Assembly (NCBI RefSeq): GCF_001194135.2
Contig: NC_069001.1
Span: forward strand, 29,223,428 to 29,286,187
DNA: 62,760 bases
Source: Octopus bimaculoides
Lineage: Eukaryota
Reading direction: 5' to 3'
Shown: positions 25,346-38,110 of the stretch, piece after piece
Layout: each line of letters opens with the position of its first letter
Position numbering within the stretch: the stretch's first letter is position 1
Translations under genes and position numbers: made by a program
The notes under the pieces: generated by a model
What the model saw: only the letters and a program-made list of their open reading frames with translations
The model's database searches: none
Told to the model about the DNA's origin: nothing

Positions 25346-25484
25346 ATGGAAGTGACGTCACACACATTTTTCTTTCGAGCAATACATTTTCCTAACAGTA
25401 CACGCCAATAATATACGCGGGTCATACATGTATAACGACTGAGTTTCTTAACACGTGTCATATTGCCGCTCTTGTGCTGGGCGG
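25346..25484. promoter_or_regulatory. Cluster of TF-site-like motifs (ETS-CRE, CCAAT, E-box, GC box)
   Basis: GGAAGTGACGTCAC (palindrome GTGACGTCAC at 25352-25361), CCAAT 25405-25409, CACGTG 25452-25457, GGGCGG 25479-25484. Confidence 0.3.
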
Positions 25485-25875
25485 AACTATGCACGTTACC
25501 CATATACTGTTTTCTCCGTAACACGCAAGCTACACTTAAATTTGTGCCTTTCTTTACGCTTGTTAATATAGATATCTTGTATTTACAGCTGTGATAATTT
25601 CAGTATGATCCAGGGCATTCTTGTTCGACCCAAATCATACACATGTGTATAAAGGCCATGCGATATTGTTTTAGATTTGTTACAAAAGAGATACGTTTCT
25701 AAATATTAGTATAATATATTTATTATATCTTTGACAGCATATCTACCTATGTACACATATAGCTACACATACAGACAATCACACACATAGACAAACCAAT
25801 ATACACATACACAGATACATGCACTCTTCAATTTGTGCTTGTCGTACGTTTCTACTGGGATATTGTAGTTAGGAA

Positions 25876-26540
25876 GATGGCGACCTGCCAGAAAAGTTTG
25901 CATGCCGGGCGAAATGCTTAGCAGTATTTCGTCTGCCACAACGTTCTGAGTTCAAATTCCGCCGAGGTCGACATTGCCTTTCATCTTTTCGGGGGCGGAT
26001 TAAATAAGTATCAGTTACGCACTGGGTTCGATATAATCGATTTAATCCGTGTGTATGTCCTTGTTTGTCCCCTCTGTGTGTAGCCCCTTGTGAGCAGTAA
26101 AGAAATAAGAAACGTTAGCACGCCGGGCGCAATGCTTAGCGGTATTTCTTCTGGGTGTGTAGCCCCTTGTGGGCAGTAAAGAAATAGGTATTTCTTCTGA
26201 GTTCAAATTACGCCGAGGTCGACTTGGCTATTCACCCTTCGGAATCGATAAGTTAAGTACCCGTTACGCACTGGGGTCGATGTAATCGACTTAACCCCTT
26301 TGTTTGTCCTTGTTTGTCCACTCTGTTTAGCCCCTTGTGAGTAATAAAGAAATAAGAAACGTTAGCACGTCCAGCGAAATGCTTAGCGTTATTCCGTCTG
26401 CCGCTACGTTCTGAGTTCAAATTCCGCCGAAGTCGACTTTACATTTCACCCTTTCGGGGTTGATGAATTAAGTACCAGATCTAACCGACTGCGCCCCTAC
26501 CCCAAAATTTCGGGCCTTGTGCCTAGATTAGAAAAGAATA
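25876..26540 (+). mobile_element. Nested head-to-tail array of SINE-A units joined by an alternative AATAAA-type tail
   Basis: Three SINE-A bodies. Junctions TAAAGAAATA|AGAAACGTTAG at 26107/26108 and 26354/26355, and TAAAGAAATA|GGTATTTC at 26186/26187. The last unit has the standard tail. Imperfect flanking repeat ATATTRTAGTT at 25860-25870 and 26538-26548. Confidence 0.9.
26154..26186 (+). mobile_element. 33-bp 5'-truncated retroelement 3' end inserted into a SINE-A head
   Basis: GGTGTGTAGCCCCTTGTGGGCAGTAAAGAAATA is flanked by the perfect direct repeat GGTATTTCTTCTG (26141-26153 and 26187-26199). Confidence 0.85.
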
Positions 26541-26560
26541 TTATAGTTGAGTTCATAATA

Positions 26561-26910
26561 GGCGCACATGTGGCTCTGTGGTAAGAAACTTTGTTCCTAA
26601 GGACATGCTTTCGAGTTCAGTCACACCGCGTGGCACCTTAGGCAGTTGGTGTCTGTTGCTACAAACCCGAGCAGACCAAAGCCTTGCAAGTAGATCTGGT
26701 AGAAGGAAAATGAAATAAGTCCAATGTATATAATTGTGCATGTGTGTGATTGTCTGTGTTTATTCACCATCACTCATTGACTACTGGTGTTTGTTTATTT
26801 ACTTTCATGTAACATAGCAGGGGAAAACCTTACTGGTGTCGATTCATTCAAATAAAAATTCTTTTATGTGGAGCTCCAGCATGGCCACAATCTAAAGACC
26901 GAAACAGATA
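26561..26910 (+). mobile_element. SINE-B, diverged
   Basis: GGCGCACATGTGGCTCTGTGGTAAG...GAGTTCAGTCACACCGCGTGGCACCTTAGGCAG...CCAAAGCCTTG...CTCCAGCATGGCCACA. Confidence 0.7.
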
Positions 26911-29331
26911 TATAGCATACAGATAAAGGAGAAATAGGTCTACGCCAAAATCATAAGCATTACTATATAACCTATTGTAATTTTTCATTGGCATTTGAAA
27001 TTTCCCAAAGCACCTATGCTATATTCATCCACCCACGCGCAAATAGAATCTGTTGCTGATATGTTATGAGCTATTCTCAAAGACCTTCACACTTACAGTA
27101 AAATGTGTGAACTGGCAAGGTTCTCATAAATCAATATTTTGACTGTGTTTATTGCTTAGAAATCTCACTTTGACAATAATATAAGATATAATTAGCAGAG
27201 AGCGCAATGACTCGTGATTGTTTAACAGTGTCTTCTTTAGATGGCAGACATTTAAATCTCTTTCTCTTCGTCTTCAAATCTATCTAACTAACTATCTATC
27301 ATTCTGTTATTTTGGAAAGTGCCCACAGCATAAATCGAGATTTTTCTCTCTTTCTCCATACCCTCTTTCTCCGTGTATATATATATGTGTATGTGTGTGT
27401 GTAGAGAGAGAGAGAGAAAGATATATGTATATATATATATATATATAAAGAAAAGAAAAAAGGCTCAATTTCAACGCAAAAAAGCAAGGAGCAACAAGAT
27501 TTTTTTTTTTTTAACCTGAGTAACAATCTTCCACCCGGGTTCCGAAACCGCGACTCCAAATCAGTCCAATGAAATTCTACAAAGACCAGTTGCTTACAGC
27601 ACCTAACTTAAGACCAATCAAAACCGAACTACAGCGAATGCAACGAAATGACCCTTTAAGAAAACCAACAAACCGGAACGACTTATGACCATATCCACAA
27701 AGAAACCAACCAAGCAGAACGACAAGCTTCGACACGGTAAAAAAAGAAAAAAAAAATATTCTAAATTCATCTGATCCCAACACATACCACTACAGACGAA
27801 AGCGTCTGTTAGATGAGGATCAGAGAAACTGCAAACCAAATTCCCCTTTTTTTCTACTATTTTCATTTCACACTTGACTTTTTTCATGAGTTTCCGACAA
27901 TCGGAGTGAAATAAGTATTTGTATTTCTCGTGTCATATTTAATTTAGCATTCAAAATGTCATAATTATTTTATTTTCCTGAGTTCACAGAAATACTTAGG
28001 TAGATCCACACAAATTCAAAAGCGCTCACGTACACTCGCATGTTCGGTTTTATGAGTCAAAATCATCTTTAAAATCTTTGCTTCTTCGTAATTGTTTCCT
28101 ATTTTCACTTCCAACGATTGGAATGTTCCCATTCCTATTTTCTTAGTTTGATTTTTACCTAAACTATGCACTGTTATTCAATGTTGTTTCCAGCGATTTT
28201 ATTTTTAAGAGTACAAACAAAATTTTCATTTCCCAATTTTATCTTGTTTTTAATTACTTTACCCCACTTTCGTTCGGTCTACACTTTTATTCTCCACAGG
28301 TTTTGAACATATTGTGATCTAATTTGTAGTTTCGCGGTACGAGAAAATCATTCTGCCAGTTCGCATGATTTTTTTTTTTTAAAGTAGTGATTAATACATA
28401 TTGATTTATGTGTAAGACAAAATAATTACAGCAGCTTATAAACAATTATGTAATCGAGTGACCCGATTAATCCATTCAAAATAATGCCTATGTTGCTTTA
28501 CTTTTCTTTTGGTGTTTCTACGTTATATTGTCAGTTAGTCATATATGTATATTTGCTTTCATCACGATCATCCGCTTATGTCTAGTCTTTTTTGTTAAGC
28601 GTTCCGTGTATGTAAAGTGGTATTGTGTTATTTTTAGTATATTCCTATAAGTTTTCACAACTTACATAAACTCTTTATGACGAAATGTCGTTGCATGTCT
28701 ACCTTTTTAGAGTCAATGCAGTCAATATTATAGGTAAATTTATTAGCGTATCTGTTTATGTAGACCAGTGATTCTCGACTATTCCTTACCTAAACACCCC
28801 TTTGATTTTCATATGACTAATAGAGTATATTTATTAAATTATTATTGTACTTTTACTTGTTATAATCTTTAAGCGTATTCTTATTAGAATTTAATATTTT
28901 GGCAAAACAGATCCGCGTATCTAAATCATTTCTTGCTAGTTTCTCCTCTATACAGCGAAAATTAAGGCAGAGCACATCGTTAGGAATATTGCTGACATTT
29001 TCAAAAATTTCCGGTGATATATTAAAACAAATATTCAATACTTTACTAATAATCAAAATCTTTCACAAATTTCGAGTTCAGATATGTACACATAATTTCA
29101 TCCAAAACTAGAATGCTATATCCCTTTCCAAGATGTTTCGACAATTGAAGTCAAATAAGTATCTTTATTGCTGGTTTACTCTGGCGGACCCACACAGGCA
29201 ATTAATGTTTAAAAAATAGTTTTATGTACACATCTATCATACTTCCTATTTCCTTTTCATGTTCAGTTATGTAGGCTTGCAAGAGCTGTTTCTGCGAGAG
29301 CATGTTTAAATGACTGCAAACATATTGGACT

Positions 29332-29654
29332 GTATATTTGCCAACTAAATGTGGTTAACCCTTAAGGGTTGATGTTACTGTAACTTGAAGCGCCAAGAAA
29401 TCATCTCCTCCAGCTGGCTATTCACACATTATCTGTGCCCTGTCTGTATTTGCAAAGGGAGGTCATTGTTCCTATCACAAGCCTGACGTCATACACACGG
29501 ACCCGAGTTTCTGGGTGTTGATGACTTCGCTTTGCAAATACTGATAGAGCACAGATAGTGTTTCAATTGCCAGCTGGAGGGGATGTCTTCTTGGGCTAGA
29601 AGTTACAGTAGCATCAACCCTTAAGGGTTAGCCACATTTACGTGGCAAATATAC
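29332..29654. mobile_element. Fold-back MITE-like element with about 134-bp inverted arms and a 54-bp spacer
   Basis: 29333-29466 versus the reverse complement of 29521-29653 align along their whole length with scattered mismatches (TATATTTGCCA..TAAATGTGG.TAACCCTTAAGGGTTGATG.TACTGTAACTT...CCAGCTGGC...GTATTTGCAAAG.GA.GTCAT). Ends are TATA/TATA. Confidence 0.85.
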
Positions 29655-30794
29655 TTCACGACGTCGTGCGACAACTGTTTATACCTCGTTCAGAGATTTT
29701 AATCGCATATCGGGCTGTGTAAAGTATTAAAGAAGCTAGCCTTTTTCTTTTTTCATTAACCCCTAAACCGAAACCGTAGATCACCAAAAATTATATATAG
29801 ACTTCTTTGGAACATATGGACCCTGGTTGTGAATCGCAGAATGGGAAACTTTGTTCAAATTCTGGCTCATTTTAAATGCACTGCACAATAACTTTTATTT
29901 ATACAAACATTAAGGTATATATTCCCTGTAGACTAAAAGGAAAAGTTTTCTATACTCAATAGAACCCGTACTGAAAATATCACATTTTTAAAAGAAAGAT
30001 ACACGCTAAACAGTATCATAATCAAATGAAACATGTCATTGTGTATCCTTTTGACCATGCTAAATTCAAATACACCTTTTTACATCGGCTGTTATTGTGT
30101 TTCCACACTACCATTATTGGACCCTGATTGACATCTGCATGCACAGTCTTTGTTAAGATTTTTTTTAATAATACCAGGAGTTGCACTTGCATCGATGTTC
30201 ACCTGTTCATGTTAACAATATTTATCCAACGGAAATACTGGCGATAATGGCTGAAACAGATTAGTCGTTACATGCATTGTTATCAAAACAAAAGAAGCGG
30301 TATATATTCCGAAAGGCTATTTGCACGAATTTTAAGTTTACATTAGATAACACACTATATAATTTTTTTTTTTGTTTTTTCTTTACCGTCCTCTAAAAGA
30401 TGAAATGCAATGAAGATTTTGTTGGGATTCCCCCCTCAGGATGCAATGAGTCGGAAAAAATTATTTAATGATTATATCCAACGCTCAACACAGTGTAAGC
30501 GACTTTCCTGGCAATATTTATATAGATATGGAAACGTTTGCCGAATATGAACTGGTTTCAAAGCATACAGAATTCGTTCTATATTGGATATAAGTGTATG
30601 AAAGTCTAGAAATATTAGTGGTAGAATTCAGCATTTTACAATTCGAAACGAAATACAAAGCTCACTGAACAAATATAGGGAAACAAACATCAGAGCCTTG
30701 TATAAGATATTGACAGCCACAAGTAAGCGCGTATGTATATATGTATGGATATTTATGTATGCATGAATATATGCATATGTATATTGGTGTATAT

Positions 30795-30825
30795 ACTCAT
30801 GTATGTATGTATGTATGTATGTATG

Positions 30826-30911
<86 letters not shown>

Positions 30912-30935
30912 TATATATATATATATATATGCATT
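30795..30935. repeat. (TATG)n + (TA)n microsatellite
   Basis: Direct reading. Confidence 0.95.
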
Positions 30936-33459
30936 CATATATGTGTTTATGTATTTGTATATATGTGTACGTATCTATAGTTAAGCTTGCATATATGGTG
31001 TTAAATGTGTGTGTGTATATATGTATGTATGTATGGACATAATTGCTTGGAAGTAAGCTTTGACTAATGACTGTACTAAGACAATCCGATTCTTCTTGTA
31101 TGTGAGACACATCAGAACTACTCTCTGATTTAGCGTACGGAAAAAAATCGATGGCTTTCAAATGACACTTTCTCTTCTGTTTCTTAATCCATTCCTCAGA
31201 ACCTACAGATTAAGTTGGCTTTTTATACTGACAAGAGCAAAGATAAATGGACTTATCTCGAAGTGAAATATTTGTCAAAAGCATTCAGGTGTGAAGCATG
31301 TGTTAACCTACTTCATCTTTCTTATAAGAGATTCTGTCAGAATATACGAATACATACTTTCTTGTTACTGATTAGAAACAATGATAATTTTACTGCATAT
31401 TCTTGGAGGTATTATTTATAAAATGGCTTCGCTGACTATTTTGATGGATGACATTATATGCGTTTTGTTCTTGCAACAAAATGTTTTATTATTTAGCGAG
31501 ATAAAAGTAGTGTCACCAATACACAACTATATAATTCTTCCTGCATTGCCTGCCTACGATTAACGGTCATTCTCAATGATTCCCAGTTGATATTATATGG
31601 TACATACAAGGAGACATTCCATTTCAACACTTTGTATTACTACAAAGTTAATTTGAATATATATATATATATATATATATTGTATTACACGTGTATAAGG
31701 GATGACCACTAGGTGGACAAGCAATATGCTAGACAGCGGTCATCAACAACCCAACCACAAAGAAAAATAATGTTCTGCAGAAAAATTTGGCAAAACACCA
31801 GAACAGGACAAAATGAGAAATATACAGTATAAAGAATTAGCTGTGCACTGCAGTTTCGAACATTAACGTTTTACTTACGTAACAACATCCGTGTTCCCAT
31901 CATCACAGCCGTTCTAGAATCAACATAATTTGCAGAAATATACACAAATTGTCTTCATGGTTATCTGGACTACATAGTTTTATAATTATATATCCTGACT
32001 ACAAATGTTCAATGAGCCTAGCGCTATCCAAATTTAGTTACTAGAGTTGTAACTTGACAAAACTGCTTAAGAATGGGAAAGCTTCTGGCGGTGATTTACA
32101 TCTTGAGTTCAAGCACGGCCTTGGTATGTTTTGCATTATATTCCACTCAGATCGAGAAAATAAAACCGAAATCAAGGGATCGGATCAACTACCGACTTAC
32201 ATTTAAAGTTGTAGCCATCTTGCAGGCTTCTGAACATCCCCTTGTAATATGATTTTGGTGTCGTATATTTCCATAGCATATTTCATTCCATTTCATTTCA
32301 GTGATTCGTGATTCTATTTTTGTTAATTTTCAGTATATAATGAGACACCGATACGAAATACAGTGATGTGGAATTAAAGTGAGATTTAGTTAATATTTCC
32401 AGCAATTGTTGCTTTCACTCGGAAACCGTCTCATACTCTAAGTCGAACACATCAGCTAACAATTGGTAATCAAATTGCAGTTAGGAGTTCCGGAGAAATA
32501 TTATGCGACGAGGAATGTGACTATTTTCACTGAGTTGTCTAATCGCTTCCTCACGGGAAATAAATTGATCTAATGCTAAATACGCATTTCGTATATAAAT
32601 ATCACTGCATGAATCAATGCTTTTTCTATATGAGTATGATGCTTCCATTCTGTTCACGCTAACATAATTAATTCAACATAATTAATTGTCAGTATAGGTC
32701 AGACTGGCATATAATTAACTAAATAAGCAAATATATGTGTGTGTGTGTGTGTGTATGTATATATAAATATGTGTGGGCTGTATGTATGTATATGTAGATG
32801 CATGTATGTGTGTGTACATGTGTCCCCCTTCTTTGTATTCGCTGTTTGTTAAAATATACACGCCACCAAACAGGAACTTATTTACTGTCGGTGCTATAAT
32901 GACTATTCAGTAACACAAGTGAACACATAGCCGATGTCACGTACGTGCAATATCACCCTACTACAATGAATTAAAGACAAAAGCGTATAGAATTGTGACA
33001 TATGTTTACCTTAGATTCAGTTGGTGCCACGCTTTGTTCATTGTACACAAATGTAGTTCAGTTTACAGAATTGCATAACGAGCGAAATAGTTAAAATTGT
33101 AAGTTGTACATTACCTATAAAATTATGATTGCATTCATTTGTTCGTTATCCATGTTCATGCGAAGGAACGTCCGAATTGCTTGCAAAAATCTACAAATTC
33201 ATCGCCTCGGTATATTTCAGAAAGGAATGCAGTAATTTCAAATATCATGGGAGATACTTTAAATAATTTTGAGAACGGAACATATCAATAACAATGGGCG
33301 GAACATTACGATGCACAACTACATTGCAAGTTACAGAAAAGAAACAGACACATTGTGTACGTTTTATTACATGGAACGTATATATTTCACATGAACACAA
33401 TAGCTTGCTTAACATCGTCTACATCCGCAAGCGAAACGGCTCCTTGGTTGCACTGCAAC

Positions 33460-33790
33460 ACGCGCAAGGCAATGGTCCTAAGTTGTGGCGGAATATCCGT
33501 CTCTCGTAAGATCATGAGTTCAACTTCTGGCGATGCGTTCCATCGTTGAGTGAGACGCTTTATTTCACGTTCCTCCAATCCACTTATCTGGTGAGGATGA
33601 GTAGCACCTTAGTAATTGTATTTCAAAGGACCAGCCTCGTCACATCTAGTGTCACGCTGAATCTCCCTGAGAACAACATTAAGCGTACACGTATTTAGAG
33701 AGTACTCAGCCGCTTGCATGTTAATTTCGCATGCAGCTTGATCTGTTGATCGGATCGAATGAACATCCTCGTCATAACCGATGGTGTGGA
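33460..33790 (+). mobile_element. SINE-C, diverged
   Basis: TTCAAAGGACCAGCCTCGTCACATCTAGTGTCACGCTGAATCTCCCTGAGAAC...GTTAATTTCGC...GTTGATCGGATC is the reverse complement of the body of 50488-50869. Confidence 0.7.
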
Positions 33791-35857
33791 TTATCTGTCA
33801 CTCTATGAGAACTCTTAGATTCCAACCGATTCAATTGGCTCATTTAAAATAGATTTCTACCAATTAAATGAGATTCTCCACAGTTGCATGTCTCTACAGT
33901 CAATCTTCATTGAGTATGTGAAAAGGAAACGCAGAAGTGCACCAATTAAATACATCTGTCGTCGACCACGCATCTTTCCTGCGAAGAAAGAATACTTCAG
34001 AATTTAATTCTACTGATAGTAATGGTGGCCGAGCTATGTAATACATCCATTATATTTAAATGTTGATAAGAAGATGCAGCATCGACAAAAGTCACACTCT
34101 TTCCTTCTTGGTAGGAATTTAACCAGATTTGGGGATTCGATTATCTCTATTCAGTCACATTTTAAGGTTTTCTAAATATCTATCTATCTATCTATCTATA
34201 TCTCTCTCTATCAGTCTGTCTGTATTTATATCTATCTATCAACGTAAATCCTCATCTATCTATCCCTCTCTATTAAACTCCTCACTGTCTCTATGCATAC
34301 CTATCTCTATATGCGTGTATGATCAAGAAGTATGAATTAAAATTTCATCGTTAATATGTTCTGGTGCATTGGAACACGAATATAACAATCGGTGTTTTAT
34401 TCGTTGCAGACAGGGCGAATTCCCTTTCATTCTTGTTTAAATTCAAATCGGTATAACCTGAAAAGTACGCAAGGAAATATCATTGGACTGACTGGCACAA
34501 TGACCCACATAATCACACTCCAGTTCTAATGACATTCATTGTTTATTTTTAAAATAGTTAACTACAACCGGGTAGGTTCGATGTAATCACCATTCAACCA
34601 CATGGGATCAGAATCTAGTTGTATGTAATCTACTCAATATAGGCCAATATATGTGGAGCACAAAAGATTGAGATAAAAACTCGTCATATTGTTTTAAATG
34701 ACAGTCTTCTGATTTGAAAATAGGTGCAGCAGATAAGATTATAGGAACAGATAACTGCATGAGGGAAAATGTGATACAAACATAACCTAAAACCATAGAA
34801 AATTTAAGGAGAAACAGCAAGAAATATGTAAATTAAAATAAAGAAAATATAAATTAAATCGTTAAGTATCCAATCACTGAGTATACATTTCTGATGTTTC
34901 CAAAGCCAGTGTGTTCACATAGATTGAAATTCTATTCATACAATAATACTTCAAATCTATATTAGAAGTACGGTATAGTTACATTAGATTACAATGCATT
35001 CAGATGACATTCGGCAAGCTAGTTACAATTATGAATAATAATGATGTGTAACATATGAACAGATCTTAACTGAGAGGTGAAAGATGAGATGTCGGCGAGA
35101 TTTGAATTTACAGCGAAAAGAATGATATAGAATTAAATATTGCAAACTATTTATTTATGCAAGCACTTCACGAGACATTCAACATCATGTTAATAATTAT
35201 GATGTCATTCATCTTCCGAGTGTCGGGAGGTTTTTAGGGGTGAGCTTTCAGTAGACACAATGTTACGAGAGTATTTGTTGGTGCCCAAGGAGGAAGACAC
35301 AAGCACACAGGCACACGCATATACCTATATATATATATATATATATATNNNNNNNNNNNNNNNNNNNNNNNNNNNNNNNNNNNNNNNNNNNNNNNNNNNN
35401 NNNNNNNNNNNNNNNNNNNNNNNNNNNNNNNNNNNNNNNNNNNNNNNNNNNNNNNNNNNNNNNNNNNNNNNNNNNNNNNNNNNNNNNNNNNNNNNNNNNN
35501 NNNNNNNNNNNNNNNNNNNNNNNNNNNNNNNNNNNNNNNNNNNNNNNNNNNNNNNNNNNNNNNNNNNNNNNNNNNNNNNNNNNNNNNNNNNNNNNNNNNN
35601 NNNNNNNNNNNNNNNNNNNNNNNNNNNNNNNNNNNNNNNNNNNNNNNNNNNNNNNNNNNNNNNNNNNNNNNNNNNNNNNNNNNNNNNNNNNNNNNNNNNN
35701 NNNNNNNNNNNNNNNNNNNNNNNNNNNNNNNNNNNNNNNNNNNNNNNNNNNNNNNNNNNNNNNNNNNNNNNNNNNNNNNNNNNNNNNNNNNNNNNNNNNN
35801 NNNNNNNNNNNNNNNNNNNNNNNNNNNNNNNNNNNNNNNNNNNNNNNNNNNNNNNNN

Positions 35858-35919
<62 letters not shown>

Positions 35920-36618
35920 AATAAGAGACACGTACATACATATATATACATATATATGTATGTATGTATACGTGTATGATTGTATATATACTATGTAGAT
36001 AATGCTTTAATCCATACTGTGTCCTTATGAAGCACATTTGCAGACTTCAGTCTGTATACTATATTTACAGATGTTATTTTTATGGGATAGTTGAAAATAT
36101 TAAAATTATTTGAAAATACTCTTAAATACTGTAACATACTGCAGTATAATTACATTTTAAAGAGAAAAATGGACAAAAATTGGTATTATTTATTACATAT
36201 TTACATGTTTCATTCTAAATGTGAGTTATATGGAGAATAAATATAGAAAAACTTGCTAGACATTTCCTGTTAGTAATGCATCAGAAGCATAATTAAAATT
36301 ATATATACTTACAATGGATTGAGCCACCATATATTAGTCAAATGTCATGGAGATAGAGAGTAATATAGCGAGGACACAGAGGAAACATTAATAAAGGGAA
36401 TGTTAGGAATAAATGTAATAGACACTAGCATACACTCATAGGAACAACATATCCGTATATTTATGTGTTAGTAGACTGAGAGAGATTTACAAAGATAGGT
36501 AAACATCATTATACACCTACACAGATATATATCGATTTCAACATGTATAAACAATTTCATTCTCTCTTATACACAAACACACACTCTCACACACTCACTT
36601 ACACACATGAGCATGTGT

Positions 36619-36851
36619 TATTTCTTTACTACCCACAAGGAGCTACACACACACAGGGGACAAACAAGGACAGACAAACGGATTAAGTCGATAAATTAAG
36701 TACCATTGCGTAACTAGTATTTAATTTATCGAGCCCGAAAGGATGAAAGGCAAAGTCGACCTCGGCAGAATTTGAACTCAGAACGTAGCGGCAGACGAAT
36801 TACCACTAAGCATTTCGTCTGGCAAGCTAACGTTTCTGCCAGCTCACCGCC
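36619..36851 (-). mobile_element. Stand-alone SINE-A carrying the alternative (...GTAGTAAAGAAATA) tail
   Basis: Minus strand: GGCGGTGAGCTGGCAGAAACGTTAGC...CATCCTTTCGGG...AATCCGTTTGTCTGTCCTTGTTTGTCCCC...TTGTGGGTAGTAAAGAAATA; not followed by another SINE head. Confidence 0.9.
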
Positions 36852-36872
36852 TTACACATACATATGCATGTG

Positions 36873-36940
<68 letters not shown>

Positions 36941-37803
36941 TTAGTATATGAGCGTGTGTGTCTATTTTCTGCGTTGTATATGGAGCACGTCAGTAAGAGT
37001 GGGAGTAAACTTATGTCCGTGTGATAATTTCCTATTGCGTCGCAAAATTGGATACTCACTGAAAACTTACCGCCATTTTACCAGGAGGACATCAATGGAT
37101 TTCGGTAAGAATGGAAAGAAGGTCTTCAATATCATTTGCTTCATAAGTCGGTTTAGTCTCAAATAATATCTAAGTCAAAATTTATTATCAGTTTGGTTTC
37201 AGTATGCAATGAAATGTGAAGGAACCTGTAAGTAAGTACGCAGTTTCCTATCAAGGATGTTGGAACGCACTTCATAAGACTGTTGATGAATATATTAGTT
37301 ATATAACAAAATTCCCATGTTGTTGCGGATATATTTCAAAATGTTAGTCATGTTTGGAGAACCATTATTATTTTGCTATAAATATAACCTGTTTGTTGTT
37401 TACCTCTGAAATGTTTCACGTATGAAATTGTATATATACGTATGTGCGAGTGTATGTGTACGTCTGTATGTGTGTATAAAGTATTCATATGGATATGTAT
37501 ATGTGTGTATAAGACTGTTTACGCGTATGTGTGTATGACTTATTTCTTTTATGGCTGTCTATCACACAGTGCAATTTAAATCTCTAAAAAACTGGATGCA
37601 AACAATTTGAAACGCCGCTCCAGGCTCTGTAATATCTTTAACAGTGAGTGCAATATTTTAATGAGATCTTAATAGAAAGAAAACAATGAGATAAAACTAA
37701 CTTCCATCACATAATTACACGGGCAGAATGAATAATAGAAGTTCATCGTTTTGTCGCCATTGGGACGTAGACAAATGAAAAACAGAGAACGAAATGTGAA
37801 ATA

Positions 37804-37832
37804 GTAATAATGATGATAATTATAGTAAAATG

Positions 37833-37922
<90 letters not shown>

Positions 37923-38110
37923 GAAACGTCTTTCGTAACTGTTTCTTTCTTAATTATAATGTTTAAAACAATGGAAATATCGAATTGTAGTAGTAGCAGC
38001 AGCAGTAGTGGTGGTTGTGTTGGTGGTGCTGATGATGACGATGATGATGACGATGACGACGATGACAACGACGAAAACGATGGTGATAATGATGATGACA
38101 ACGACAACGG
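37804..38110. repeat. (TAA)n and (AGC)/(GAT/GAC)n trinucleotide arrays
   Basis: Direct reading; the source of the poly-I/poly-D/poly-S pseudo-ORFs. Confidence 0.9.

Noticed and set aside
25876-26540. CRISPR-like or satellite interpretation of the repeated units
   Set aside because: The units are tRNA-derived SINE bodies with pol III boxes, not short repeats with unique spacers, and the sequence is eukaryotic.
31706-31716. CTCF-like CCACTAGGTGG
   Set aside because: The 3' flank departs from the consensus, and it appears to lie in repeat-like sequence; a single motif is not evidence.
31879-31913. 35-nt minus-strand mini-exon (TTCTAG|...|GTAAGT), and similar isolated plus-strand candidates at 37085-37104 and ending at 59410
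   Set aside because: Splice-like motifs are expected by chance in 60 kb; no consistent reading frame or homology links them.
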